Source of the DNA: Anaeromyxobacter sp.
GTDB taxonomy: Bacteria > Myxococcota > Myxococcia > Myxococcales > Anaeromyxobacteraceae
Direction: 5' to 3'
Assembly (NCBI GenBank): GCA_049840735.1
Contig: JASGJN010000015.1
Span: 1-16,339, forward strand
Length of the DNA stretch: 16,339 nt
Part shown: positions 7,031 through 16,339 of the stretch, in pieces
Layout of the letters: every line of letters starts with the position of its first letter
Position numbering within the stretch: the stretch's first letter is position 1
The notes under the pieces: model-generated
Databases searched by the model: none
Seen by the model: only the letters and a program-made list of their open reading frames with translations
What the model was told of the DNA's origin: nothing
Position numbers and translations under genes: made by a program

Positions 7031-8398
7031 ATGCGAGCCCCGCAGCGCGTGATCTGGACGGAGGGGATGTTCCTGTCCCCCCAGCACCTGCAGTCGCAGG
7101 ACCGGTACCATGAGGCCCTGCTGGCTGCCCGGCTCGCGGCGCTGACGCCGTTCGCCTGGGGCGTGGCCGAGCTGCAGCTCGACCCGGCCGCCCTGGCCGC
7201 CGGGCAGCTGCGGGTCCAGCGCTTCGCCGGCGCGCTGCCGGACGGCCTGTGGGTCGGGTTCGACGAGGGCGATCCCGAGGCGCCCCCGCCCCGCGCGCTG
7301 GCCGAGGCCTTCCCGCCGGCCGCGAAGACGCTGGACGTCTGGCTGGGCGTGGCCCGCGAGCGCGACGGCGTGCCGGCCGCCGCGGCGCCGGGCGGGGAAG
7401 GGCCGCCGGCCCGCTACACGCTGGGTGCACGCCCGGTGCCGGACGCCATGGCGCCCGGCGCGCCGGTGCCGGTGCCCTTCGGCGCCCCGGCCACGCGCCT
7501 GCTGCTGGGGGCCGAGTCGCGCGACGACTTCGACGCCATCAGAATCGCCGAGGTGGGGCGCACGCCCGCCGGCGCGCTGGCCCTGGTGGACACCTACCTG
7601 CCGCCGCTGCTGCGCCTCGACGGCACCCCGCGCCTCCCCGACCTGCTGCGCGGCCTGGTGGGCCGGCTGGTGTCCCGCCACCGCGACCTCGCGGCCGGCC
7701 GCAAGCAGCGCGAGGCCGGCACCGGCGAGGTCTCCGGCGCCGACGTCTCGCGCGTGGCCCAGCTGGTGGTGCTGGGCGGCGCCGTCCCGGTGCTCTCGCA
7801 CCTGGCCGAGAACACCGCCGCCTCGCCGCGCGAGGCCTTCCTGGCCCTGGCCGGCCTGGCCGGGCAGCTGGCCGGGTTCTCCACCGCCGCCGAGGTGGCC
7901 GGGCTCCCGCGCTACCTGCACGACGACCTGCGCGCCACCTTCGACCCGCTCCTGGCCGCCGTCAACGCCTACCTGGGCGCGCTCGGCATGGAGCGCTACA
8001 CGCGCATCCCGCTGGAGCAGCGCGGGTTCCTGCACGTGGCGCGCGACGTGGACGAGAAGGCGCTGCACGGCGCGCAGCTGGTCCTGGCGGTGAAGAGCGA
8101 CCTGGCCGAGGTGCACGTGGCCGAGCAGCTGCCGCGCCTCTGCAGAATCGCCACGCCGACCGAGGTGCAGGGGCTGGTGCAGGCCGCCGCGCCGGGCATC
8201 CCGCTCCTGGTGCTGCACCGGCCGCCGTCGGAGATCCCGGTCAAGGCCGGGACCGTCTACTTCGAGCTGGGCCAGGGCGATCGCCTCTGGCGCGCGGTGG
8301 TGGCCGAGCACAGCCTGGCCTTCCACCTGCCGCCGCCGTTCGACCCCAGCCGCACCAAGGTGGAGCTGTTGTCGATCCCGCGCGGCGGCGGAGCCTAG
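7031..8398 (+). CDS. tssK: T6SS baseplate subunit TssK (ImpJ/VasE)
   Basis: 455 aa. N-terminal VIWTEGMFLSPQHLQSQDRY..WGV, plus YLPPLL, Y.HDDL..TF and PGIPL..L..PP.EIPV..G..YFEL. SD-like AAGGAG upstream. Confidence 0.96.
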   Translation: MRAPQRVIWTEGMFLSPQHLQSQDRYHEALLAARLAALTPFAWGVAELQLDPAALAAGQLRVQRFAGALPDGLWVGFDEGDPEAPPPRALAEAFPPAAKTLDVWLGVARERDGVPAAAAPGGEGPPARYTLGARPVPDAMAPGAPVPVPFGAPATRLLLGAESRDDFDAIRIAEVGRTPAGALALVDTYLPPLLRLDGTPRLPDLLRGLVGRLVSRHRDLAAGRKQREAGTGEVSGADVSRVAQLVVLGGAVPVLSHLAENTAASPREAFLALAGLAGQLAGFSTAAEVAGLPRYLHDDLRATFDPLLAAVNAYLGALGMERYTRIPLEQRGFLHVARDVDEKALHGAQLVLAVKSDLAEVHVAEQLPRLCRIATPTEVQGLVQAAAPGIPLLVLHRPPSEIPVKAGTVYFELGQGDRLWRAVVAEHSLAFHLPPPFDPSRTKVELLSIPRGGGA

Positions 8399-8470
8399 CG
8401 GGCGGAGAGCGACGGGAAGGTCCGGGGGCGGACCGGCGGGGCGGGGGCGCAGGATCTCCAGGAGGCGGCC

Positions 8471-9145
8471 GTGGATCGCATCACCGAGCTCACCAGCGAG
8501 TGCTTCAACGCCATCGCGCAGCTGCGCGCGGCGGACGCCCTGTCCCTGCCCGCGCCGGCGCGGCTGCACGCCCAGCTGGTCTCCTACGTCGAGGAGCTGC
8601 GCCGCAAGGCCGCCGCGGCCGGCTACGGCCGCGAGGAGGCCAATGACATCGCCTACCCGGTGGTGGCCCTGGCCGACGAGATCATGCAGGGCAAGGAGTC
8701 GGATCAGCTCAGCGCCTTCTGGACGGCGCAGCCGCTGCAGCTCCACTTCTTCGGCGAGAACGTGGCCGGCGAGGCCTTCTTCACGCGGCTGGAGCGGCTC
8801 CGCCGCGACAAGCGCCGCTCCGAGGCGGTGCAGGCCTACTACCTGGCCCTGGCCTTCGGCTTCCAGGGGCGCTACCGCGTGCGCGGCGGCGAGCTGGAGC
8901 TGCTGGGCCTGACCGAGTCGCTGGCCCGCGAGCTGACCGACCCGGAGGCCGACACCGACGCGCTCTCGCCCAGCGGCGAGCGGCCCGACGACCGCGGCCC
9001 CGGCGCGGGGCAGCGCGGCCTCTTCCTGTGGGGCGCGCTGGGGCTCCTGGGCCTCTCCGTCCTGACCTGGCTGGTCCTCCGCCTCGCGCTCTCCTCGAGC
9101 GCCTCCGAGGTGGTGAGCCGCATCGCCGCCCTGGCGGCCCGGTGA
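8471..9145 (+). CDS. tssL: T6SS membrane-complex protein TssL (DotU family), without OmpA domain
   Basis: GTG start after AGGAGG. Motifs Y.VVALADE, W..QPLQLHFFGENVAGE.FF..L and YYLALAFGFQGRY; single C-terminal TM helix. Confidence 0.95.
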   Translation: MDRITELTSECFNAIAQLRAADALSLPAPARLHAQLVSYVEELRRKAAAAGYGREEANDIAYPVVALADEIMQGKESDQLSAFWTAQPLQLHFFGENVAGEAFFTRLERLRRDKRRSEAVQAYYLALAFGFQGRYRVRGGELELLGLTESLARELTDPEADTDALSPSGERPDDRGPGAGQRGLFLWGALGLLGLSVLTWLVLRLALSSSASEVVSRIAALAAR

Positions 9146-9152
9146 TCCGCCC

Positions 9153-12100
9153 ATGATCTTCGCGCTGCTCATCACCGTCCCGCTGCTCGGCGCCCTCTGG
9201 GCGCTGGTCTTCGCCGGGCTCGTGCCCACCTGGCTGGCGGTCCTCGTCACCGCGCTCACGCTGCTCTCCTGGCTGGGGCTGGTGCTCTGGCGCGTGCTGC
9301 GCGCCCGCCGCTCGGCCCGCCAGATCGAGCAGACGCTCAACCAGCAGGCCGACGCGCAGGACGCGGCCGTCCGCCCCGACCAGCAGGCCGAGCTCGACGC
9401 CCTGCGGGCCGAGTTCCAGAAGGCGGTGGCGGCGCTCAAGTCGTCCAAGCTGGCCCGCGGCGGCAAGGACGCGCTGGCGCTGCTCCCCTGGTACGTGATC
9501 ATCGGCCCCCCGGGCGCCGGCAAGAGCACCGCGCTGCGCGCCTCCGGGCTGCAGTTCCCCTACCTGTCGGCGCGCGGCGGCGGCGTGCGCGGCGTGGGCG
9601 GCACGCGCAACTGCGAGTGGTGGCTCTGCAACGAGGCGGTGCTGCTCGACACCGCCGGCCGCTACACCACCCAGGACGAGGACCGCGAGGAGTGGCTCGG
9701 CTTCCTCGACATGCTGGCCCGGACCCGGCCCCGGAAGCCCATCAACGGCCTGCTCATCGCGGTGAGCATGGCCGACCTGGGCGCCGAAACCGAGGAGGGC
9801 GCCGCGGCGCTGGCGCAGACCATCCGCGAGCGCGTGGACGAGGTGATGGCCCGGCTGCAAATCGTGCTGCCGGCCTACGTCCTCTTCACCAAGTGCGACC
9901 TCGTCCCCGGCTTCGTCGAGACCTTCAACGACCTGCGCAAGCAGGAGCGCGGCCAGCTCTGGGGCTTCACCGTCCCGGTGGGCGAGGGGGCCGCTCCAGG
10001 CGAGCTCTTCCGCGAGCGGTTCGGCGAGCTCATGGAGGTCCTCCGCGGCCGCGCGCTGGCGCGCCTGGGCGAGGAGCGCACCGTCCCGGCGCGCGAGAAG
10101 ATCTGGCAGTTCCCGCAGCAGCTGCAGGCGCTGGGCGGCAACCTGGCCGCCTTCGTGGACACACTCTTCCAGGAGAACGTGTTCCAGGACAGCCCCATGT
10201 TCCGCGGGGTCTACTTCACCTCCGGCACGCAGGAGGGGCGCACCCTCGACCGGCTCATGGGCGCCATGGCCGACGCCTTCGGCATCCGCCCGCACCTGGG
10301 CGACGAGGCCCCGCGGCTCGAGCCGCGCAGCTACTTCCTGCGCGACGTCTTCAAGAAGGTGCTCTTCCCCGACCAGCACCTGGCCGTCCGCAACGCCAAG
10401 GCGGTCCGGCGCCAGTCCCTCCAGCGCTGGGCGCTGGCGGCCGGCGCGGCGGTGGCGGCGCTGCTCATCTTCCTGCTCCCGCTCCGCGCCTACGTCGAGA
10501 ACCGCGAACTGGTGGCGCGCACCGACGACCTCGTCACCAAGGCCAGCGCCGCCATCGACACGCGCGGCAAGACCCCGCGCCTGGACGTGCTGGAGCCGCT
10601 GCGCGAGCACCTGGAGGCGCTGCGCGCCGGCCCCACCCTGGGCATGCGCTTCGGCATGTACCAGGGCGAGGCGCTGCTGCCGGGCACGCAGACCCTCTAC
10701 GCCGCCGCCGTCCGCAAGCTGCTGGCCGAGCCGGTGCTGGCCGGCGAGCGGCTGCGGCTGGCCAGCTTCACCGAGCGCTACGCGGCCACCACCGACGCGC
10801 CCACCGAGGGCGAGTACGCCGCCGCCTACGACCGGCTGAAGCTCCTGCTGATGCTGTCGAAGATCAGCGCCGGCGAGGTGCCGCACGGCGAGGAGGACCT
10901 GGCCTGGGAGGCGCAGCAGCTGGTGAAGCGCTGGGCGGAGAAGAACCCGTCCCGCCCCGCCGACGAGCAGGCCCGCGTGGAGGCCCACGCGCTGCTCTAC
11001 GTGAAGCTGGTGGCCGAGGACCCCGCCCTGGCCCTGGAAGGCGACGACGGCAAGCTGATCCGCGACGCCCGCTCGGTGCTGGTGCGCGTCCCCTACACCA
11101 CGCTGGCGCTGCAGAAGCTGATCGCCACCGCCGACGGCGCCGGGCTCGAGGTGACGCTCCCCACGCTGCTCAACGACACCGTCTCCTGCCTGAGGAACCC
11201 GGCCCGCGTCCGCGGCGCCTTCACGCGCCAGGGCTACGAGCAGAATCGTCCGGGCCAGGCTGGACGACCCCTCCTCGCTGCTCGAGACCTGGGTGGTGGG
11301 GCGCGACGCCGGCAAGGACGGCGCGCTCTCCGAGGCCGCGCGGCACCTGCGCTCCCGCTACTACGGCGCCTTCATCGACGAGTGGCGCCAGTTCCTGGAG
11401 GCCACGCAGGTGGACCCGGAGGCAAGCGGCGGCGCGCTGGCCACGCTGCAGGAGCTGACCCGCGGCCAGCCGGCCCCGTTCGCGCAGCTCTTCGAGGCCG
11501 TGGCCGACCAGACCCGCATCGGCGATCGGTCCACGGCCGTGCAGGGCGTCACCACCTCCGCGGTCGCCAAGCTCAAGCAGAAGATCGGCGGGCAGGGCGC
11601 GGCCGCGGTGGACCTGGCCGGCGCCCGGCTCGCCAACCGCGACCTCACCGCCAACGACGTGGAGCGGGCCATGGCCGGCTTCGCCTCCTTCGGCGCGCGC
11701 CCGCTGGTCGACCCCACCAAGGCGGCCAACCCCAACGCCCCGCCGCGCACGCTCCCCGTCGACATCTACCAGGAGCAGCTGGCCTTCCTGCGCGACGCGC
11801 TGCTCACCTCCGGCGACGTGGCTGACGCGGCCCAGCTGCGCGAGCGCGCCGCCAGCGCCCGCAGCCGGCTGACGGTGCTGGTGGAGGCGGCCGACGTGGG
11901 CTGGCGCCCGCTCCTGCTCCGCATGCTGGCGCCGCCCATCGACGCCGCCACCGGCTCGCTCCGCTCGGCCGGCGTCTCGGCCGCCAGCGAGGCCTGGTGC
12001 TCGGTGGTCTACCGCCCCTTCCAGCCCAAGCTGTCCGGCCGCTACCCGTTCCGCGCCGACGGCGACGACGCGGCGCTGGCCGACGTGGCCGAGCTGTTCC

Positions 12101-12726
12101 GCCCCGCCGGCGCGCTGTGGGGCTTCTACGACGAGAAGCTCAAGGCCGACCTGCCGCGGGCCGGGCGCAGCTTCCAGTTCGCGAAGAGCCTGGGGCGCGA
12201 CGCGCCCTTCCGCCCGGAGCTGATCGGCTTCCTGGAGCACGCGCAGGAGATCACCGACGCGCTCTTCCCCGCCGGCAGCGCCGAGCCGCGGGTGCAGTTC
12301 TCGGTCCGCATCCGCCCCACGCCCGGCGTGGCGGTGGTCTGGCTGGAGGTGGACGGCCAGCGGTTCGACTACCGCAACGGGCCGGAGGAGTGGCACCGGC
12401 TGGCCTGGCCCGGCCCGAACCGCGGCGCCGGCGCGTTCCTGCGCGTCCGCACCGCCTCCGGCCAGGAGGAGTCGTTCCAGCAGGAGGGGGAGTGGGGCCT
12501 GTTCCGGCTGCTGGAGGCGGGCGCCGTCAAGCCCCAGGGCAGCGGCAGCGCCTTCACCACCAGCTGGCCGCTCCCCACGCTCAACACCAGCGTGGTGATC
12601 GACTTCCGCCCGGACCGGACCGACTCGCCGTTCCTCAGCGCGCGCGGCGGCCGCTTCCTGGGGCCGTTCCGCTCCGGCGCGCTGCCGCCGGCCAGCCTGG
12701 GCAGGGGAGGCGGCGAGTGCCCCTGA
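9153..12726 (+). CDS. tssM: T6SS membrane-complex protein TssM (IcmF), interrupted by one frameshift at about 11244 (about 1190 aa if repaired)
   Basis: First frame: N-terminal TMs, LPWYVIIGPPGAGKST Walker A, LLDTAGRY, PINGLL, FTKCDL..GF, RGVYFTSGTQEG, a third TM, then VRGAFTRQGYEQ. Second frame from 11245: IVRARLDDPSSLLETWVVG..Y...FIDEW..FL, GRYPF, LF.P.G.LW.F, DGQ...Y.NGP, W.LFRLL, ending at TGA 12724-12726. Confidence 0.93.
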
Positions 12727-13574
12727 GCGCCTCCACCGGCCTGTTCGGCAAGATCCCCGCCCTCGGGGATTTCCTGCGCGTGAACGCCGCCGCGGCGCCC
12801 GCGCCCGCCCTGGTCGAGTGGCTCCACGCGGCGCAGGACGCGCTGGCGCGCGCCGGCGGCGCGCTGCCGGCCGGGCCCATCCGCTTCGTGCTGGCCGGCG
12901 GGGCCGCGCCGCAGGCGCTGGTGGGCGTGCTGATGCCGAGCCGCGACAAGGTCGGCCGCACCTTCCCGCTCTGCGCCTTTACCGGCGCGCCGGTCTCGCC
13001 CGGCCTGCACGCCGCCTGCGACGCCTTCGCGGCCTCGGCCGAGGCGCTGCTGGCCGGCGCCGCGACGCAGGACGCGCCGGCGCTCACCGCCGGGCTGCGG
13101 GGGCTGGCGCCGCTCGCCGATGCCACCGCCGCCGCGGCCGCGCTGGCCGCCGAGGCCGGCCGCCGGCCCGCCGCCGAGCTGCCCGGGGCGCTCTTCCCGG
13201 AGCTGCCGGCCGTGGCCTACGCGCTCGGCACCCTGCAGCGCGCCGTGCGCGCGCCGCGCGTGATGGCCGACTGCCCGGCGCCGGACGCGTGCGCGCGCTG
13301 GTTCTGGCTGGAGCTGGCCCGCCGCGCCGCTGGCGTGGTGCCCTCCTGCCTCTGGACCGCCGGGCGCGTGCTCGTCGCCCCCGGCCTGCCCGGCCCCGGG
13401 GCCCTGGCCGCGCTGGCCGACGCCCCCCGTCCGCCGAGCGACGTCTGGCCGCTGCGGACCAGCGCGGCCGCCGCGCTGCAGGCGGCCCTGGCCGGCCTGC
13501 CCGCCGCCGCCCGGGCCGCGCTCGAGACCGGGACCGCGGCCACGCTGCTTGAGCGCCTGGGAGCGACGCGATGA
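12717..13574 (+). CDS. tagF: T6SS-associated post-translational regulator TagF (ImpM)
   Basis: GTG 12717 follows GGAGG (12706-12710) and overlaps the end of tssM. Signature motifs GLFGKIPALGDF and GVLMPSRDKVGRTFPL. Position after tssM is canonical. Confidence 0.9.
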   Translation: MPLSASTGLFGKIPALGDFLRVNAAAAPAPALVEWLHAAQDALARAGGALPAGPIRFVLAGGAAPQALVGVLMPSRDKVGRTFPLCAFTGAPVSPGLHAACDAFAASAEALLAGAATQDAPALTAGLRGLAPLADATAAAAALAAEAGRRPAAELPGALFPELPAVAYALGTLQRAVRAPRVMADCPAPDACARWFWLELARRAAGVVPSCLWTAGRVLVAPGLPGPGALAALADAPRPPSDVWPLRTSAAAALQAALAGLPAAARAALETGTAATLLERLGATR

Positions 13575-15172
13575 GCACGCCTGCAGAGATCCTCTCCGCG
13601 CGCGCGGAGCGCTGGCTGGCCGAGATCCCCGGGGGCGCCCCCGGCGGCGTCGCCGCCAAGCTCGAGCCGGCCTACGAGCGCGTGGCCCAGGAGGTCGCCA
13701 AGCTGGACGCGCCGACCGGCGGCCAGGTGGACTGGAAGGCCGTGGCGGCCGGCACCGACGAGCTGCTGCGCACCCGCACCAAGGACTTCACCCTGGCCGC
13801 CTACCTGGCCCGCGCGCTGCTGGCGGCCGAGGGCATCGGCGGCCTGGGCGTGGGGCTGCAGGTGTTCGCCGGCGTCTGCGACCGCTACTGGGAGACCGGC
13901 TTCCCGGAGCTGAAGCGGCTCCGCGGCCGGGCCAACTCGGCCCAGTGGCTGGTGGAGCGCGCCTGCGCGGCGCTCGGCGAGGGCGGGCCCGGCGGCACCG
14001 ACCTGGAGACGCTGCGCGCGGTGGACGAGGCCGCCCGGCGCTTCGCCGAGGTGCTCCGCACCCGCATGGCCGACGCCGCGCCGGCGGTGGGGCCGCTGCT
14101 GGAGACGCTGCAGCGGGCCATCATCACCGCCGAGGCGGCCGCGCCGCCCCCCCAGCCCGAGCCCGGCCCGGCGCAGCCCGCGCCGGCGACCGCGCCGGCG
14201 CCCGCCGCGGCCCCGCCGCAGGCCGATGGCCCGGTCGCGTCTCCCCCGCCCACCCAGGGGTTCGCCTCGGCCGAGGACGCCGTCGAGTACCTGCGCGGCG
14301 TGGGTGCCGGGCTGGTCACCGCGGCCGCCGCCCTGCGCGCCAGCGTGCCCGCCGATCCGCTCGGCTACCGGCTGCTCCGCACCGGGCTGTGGCTGCACCT
14401 GGGTCGCCCGCCGCCGGCCCCTGGCGGCAAGCTGGGCGTGCCGCCGCCGCCGGAGAACCTGGTCAACGCGCTGGGGCTCATGGTCCAGCACCAGCGCTGG
14501 GCCGCCCTGCTGGAGGAGGCCGAGGCGGCGCTGCAGCAGCACCGCTACTGGCTCGACCTGCACCGGCTCTCGGCCCAGGCGCTGCTCGGGCTGGGCCCCT
14601 CGCACGCCGCCGCGGCCGACGCGGTGGTGGTGGAGCTGCGCAGCTTCCTGGCGCGCATGCCGGGGCTCGCCACCTTCACCTTCGCGAACGGCACGCCGGT
14701 GGCGGACGCGCAGACCCGCAGCTGGCTCGACGAGGTGGTGAACCCGGCCGCGAAGGGCGGGGGCAGCGCCGGCGCCGGCCCCGCCGAGGAGGCGCTGCCG
14801 GAGGACCGCGTGGCCGAGGCCCGCGCGCTGCTCGGCGCCGGCCGCGTCGGCGAGGGGCTGGCCGCGCTCGGGGCCCTGGTCTCCGCCCAGCCCTCCGGCC
14901 GCGCCCGCTTCCGCGCCCGGCTGCTGCTGGCGCGCGCCGCCGCCGCCGCCGGGCTCTCCGGCGTGGCGCGCGGCACCTACGAGTCGCTGGCCGCCGAGGC
15001 GGACCAGCACCAGCTCGACGCCTGGGAGCCGGCCCTGGTGGCCGAGTGCCTCAAGGGGCTCATCACCGCCGCACGCGCCGCCGCGCCGGGCGCGGCAGGC
15101 CCAGACCTGAACCGCCAGTACCAGCGCCTCTGCCGTCTCGATCCGGCCGCCGCGCACGAGATCCAGCCTTGA
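13571..15172 (+). CDS. tssA: T6SS protein TssA, long VasJ-like form
   Basis: 533 aa; ATGA overlap with tagF. ImpA_N-like N-terminus (YE.V..EV.KL, VDW..V, TKD..LA.YL, YWE..FP..R.RGR), Pro/Ala linker, middle domain (YRLLR..LW, YWLDL.RL..QAL, F.NGTP.AD) and C-terminal LDAWEP motif. Confidence 0.92.
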   Translation: MSTPAEILSARAERWLAEIPGGAPGGVAAKLEPAYERVAQEVAKLDAPTGGQVDWKAVAAGTDELLRTRTKDFTLAAYLARALLAAEGIGGLGVGLQVFAGVCDRYWETGFPELKRLRGRANSAQWLVERACAALGEGGPGGTDLETLRAVDEAARRFAEVLRTRMADAAPAVGPLLETLQRAIITAEAAAPPPQPEPGPAQPAPATAPAPAAAPPQADGPVASPPPTQGFASAEDAVEYLRGVGAGLVTAAAALRASVPADPLGYRLLRTGLWLHLGRPPPAPGGKLGVPPPPENLVNALGLMVQHQRWAALLEEAEAALQQHRYWLDLHRLSAQALLGLGPSHAAAADAVVVELRSFLARMPGLATFTFANGTPVADAQTRSWLDEVVNPAAKGGGSAGAGPAEEALPEDRVAEARALLGAGRVGEGLAALGALVSAQPSGRARFRARLLLARAAAAAGLSGVARGTYESLAAEADQHQLDAWEPALVAECLKGLITAARAAAPGAAGPDLNRQYQRLCRLDPAAAHEIQP

Positions 15173-15203
15173 CCGAGAACCTCGAACCCGCAGGAGGTGT
15201 CGC

Positions 15204-15692
15204 ATGAGCACGAAGGACCAGTCGGTCGCTCCCAAGGAGCGCGTCAACATCGTCTACAAGTCGCAGACCGGGGACCAGCAGTCCGAGGCCGAGCTGCCGC
15301 TCAAGATCCTGATGGTCGGCGACTACACCGGCCGCAGCGACGACACCCCGCTCGACGAGCGCAAGCCGATCAGCATCGACGGCGGCAACTTCAACGAGGT
15401 CATGGCCAAGCAGAACCTGAACGTGGCCGTGCAGGTGCCGGACAAGCTCAGCGGCGAGAAGGACGCGCAGCTGGACGTGAAGCTCGAGTTCAAGCGGCTC
15501 GAGGACTTCGGCCCCGAGGGCGTGGTCAACCAGGTGCCCGAGCTGCGCAAGCTGCTCGAGCTCCGCACCGCGCTCACCGCGCTCAAGGGTCCCCTGGGCA
15601 ACGTGCCCGCCTTCCGCAAGAAGATCCAGGCGCTCCTCGGCGACGACGAGGCCAAGAAGCAGCTGATGAAGGAGCTGGGGCTCGGCGACTAG
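15204..15692 (+). CDS. tssB: T6SS contractile sheath small subunit TssB (VipA)
   Basis: SVAPKERVNIVY, ELPLKILMVGDY, NFNEVM, F..LEDFGP..V..QVPEL.KLLELR.AL..LKGPL.N.PAFR. SD AGGAGGT. Confidence 0.97.
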   Translation: MSTKDQSVAPKERVNIVYKSQTGDQQSEAELPLKILMVGDYTGRSDDTPLDERKPISIDGGNFNEVMAKQNLNVAVQVPDKLSGEKDAQLDVKLEFKRLEDFGPEGVVNQVPELRKLLELRTALTALKGPLGNVPAFRKKIQALLGDDEAKKQLMKELGLGD

Positions 15693-15720
15693 CCGCGACC
15701 TTCACCTTTCGGAGAGATCC

Positions 15721-16289
15721 ATGGCGACCGAGAAGCAGACCGAGACCCAGGGCGCGGCGGCAGCGGAGGGCGGCGCGTCGCTGCTCGACGAGATCCTCGC
15801 CGAGTCCAAGATGAAGCCCTCCGACGAGGGCTACGAGATTGCCCGCCGCGGCATGGCGGCGTTCATGCAGGAGCTGCTCGCGCCGGGCAAGTCGGCCGAG
15901 AAGGTGGACCGCGGCGCGGTGGACGCGATGATCGCCGAGATCGACCAGCGGCTCAGCGCGCAGGTGAACGAGATCCTGCACGCGCCGGAGTTCCAGAAGC
16001 TCGAGTCCGCGTGGCGGTCGCTCCGCTTCGTGGTGGAGCGGACGAACTTCCGCGAGAACATCAAGATGGAGATCCTCTCGCTGCCCAAGGAGGACCTCCA
16101 GGCCGACCTCGACGACTCGCCCGACCTGACCAAGTCCGGCTTCTACAAGATCGTCTACTCCAACGAGTACGGCGTCTTCGGCGGCCAGCCGTTCGGCGTG
16201 ATGAACCTCAACTACGACTTCGGCCCCGGCGCGCAGGACGTGGAGATGCTGCGCAAGGTGGCCTCGGTCGCGTCGATGGCGCACTGCCC
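15721..16289 (+). CDS. tssC: T6SS contractile sheath large subunit TssC (VipB), 3'-truncated at the read/contig end
   Basis: Not in the ORF track because it has no stop. Translates MATEKQ..SLLDEIL..IAEIDQRLSAQVNEILHAPEFQKLESAWRSL..EYGVFGGQPFG..VASMAHC. GGAG upstream. Confidence 0.96.
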
Positions 16290-16339
16290 AGGTGCTGTTC
16301 GGATTCTATCGTGTTTCCCTATTAACCTTAGCAATACGT
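16290..16339. other. Sequencing artefact: Oxford Nanopore native barcode (recognised as NB04/BC04) with flanks and adapter remnant
   Basis: AGGTGCTG (16290-16297) + TTCGGATTCTATCGTGTTTCCCTA (16298-16321) + TTAACCTT (16322-16329) + AGCAATACGT (16330-16339). GC content drops abruptly here. Confidence 0.93.

Noticed and set aside
11997..12716. N-terminal extension of TagF (525-aa ORF)
   Set aside because: It lies out of frame within tssM. TagF motifs and an SD-preceded GTG begin at 12717.
11293..12726. Separate gene for a stand-alone IcmF C-terminal protein
   Set aside because: Homology continues upstream of the GTG to about 11245 with no SD. It is the frameshifted 3' part of tssM.
6833..15250. 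Long antisense and alternate-frame ORFs (6833..9529, 8781..11315, 9617..11458, 13217..15250, 13549..15207; likewise 893..2986)
   Set aside because: These are stop-poor shadows of genuine GC-rich genes, with Arg/Gly/Ala-rich translations and no motifs.
16290..16339. IS or prophage end inserted into tssC
   Set aside because: The sequence matches ONT barcode flanks and adapter. The 16011..16325 ORF is likewise spurious.

Overview
Very GC-rich bacterial DNA; gene content and codon usage suggest a myxobacterium such as Anaeromyxobacter (inference). The left part (1-6168) holds the 3' end of a Pro/Ala-rich protein with a hydrophobic C-terminal hairpin, a hotdog-fold thioesterase, two diverged tandem paralogues encoding exported proteins of unknown function, and a ceramidase-family gene back-to-back with purF across only 27 bp. 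That gene pair is bracketed by two inverted copies of a 29-bp REP-like palindrome, one expanded into a 4 x 20-bp array. The right part (6556-16289) is the start of a type VI secretion operon: tssJ-tssK-tssL-tssM-tagF-tssA-tssB-tssC(partial). tssM has a single frameshift near 11244. The last 50 nt are not genomic: they are an untrimmed Oxford Nanopore native barcode plus adapter. This explains the tssC truncation and makes a sequencing indel the likeliest cause of the tssM frameshift. I see no clearly new system. The best leads are the paralogue pair, the REP-bracketed divergent cassette and apparently leaderless promoters.
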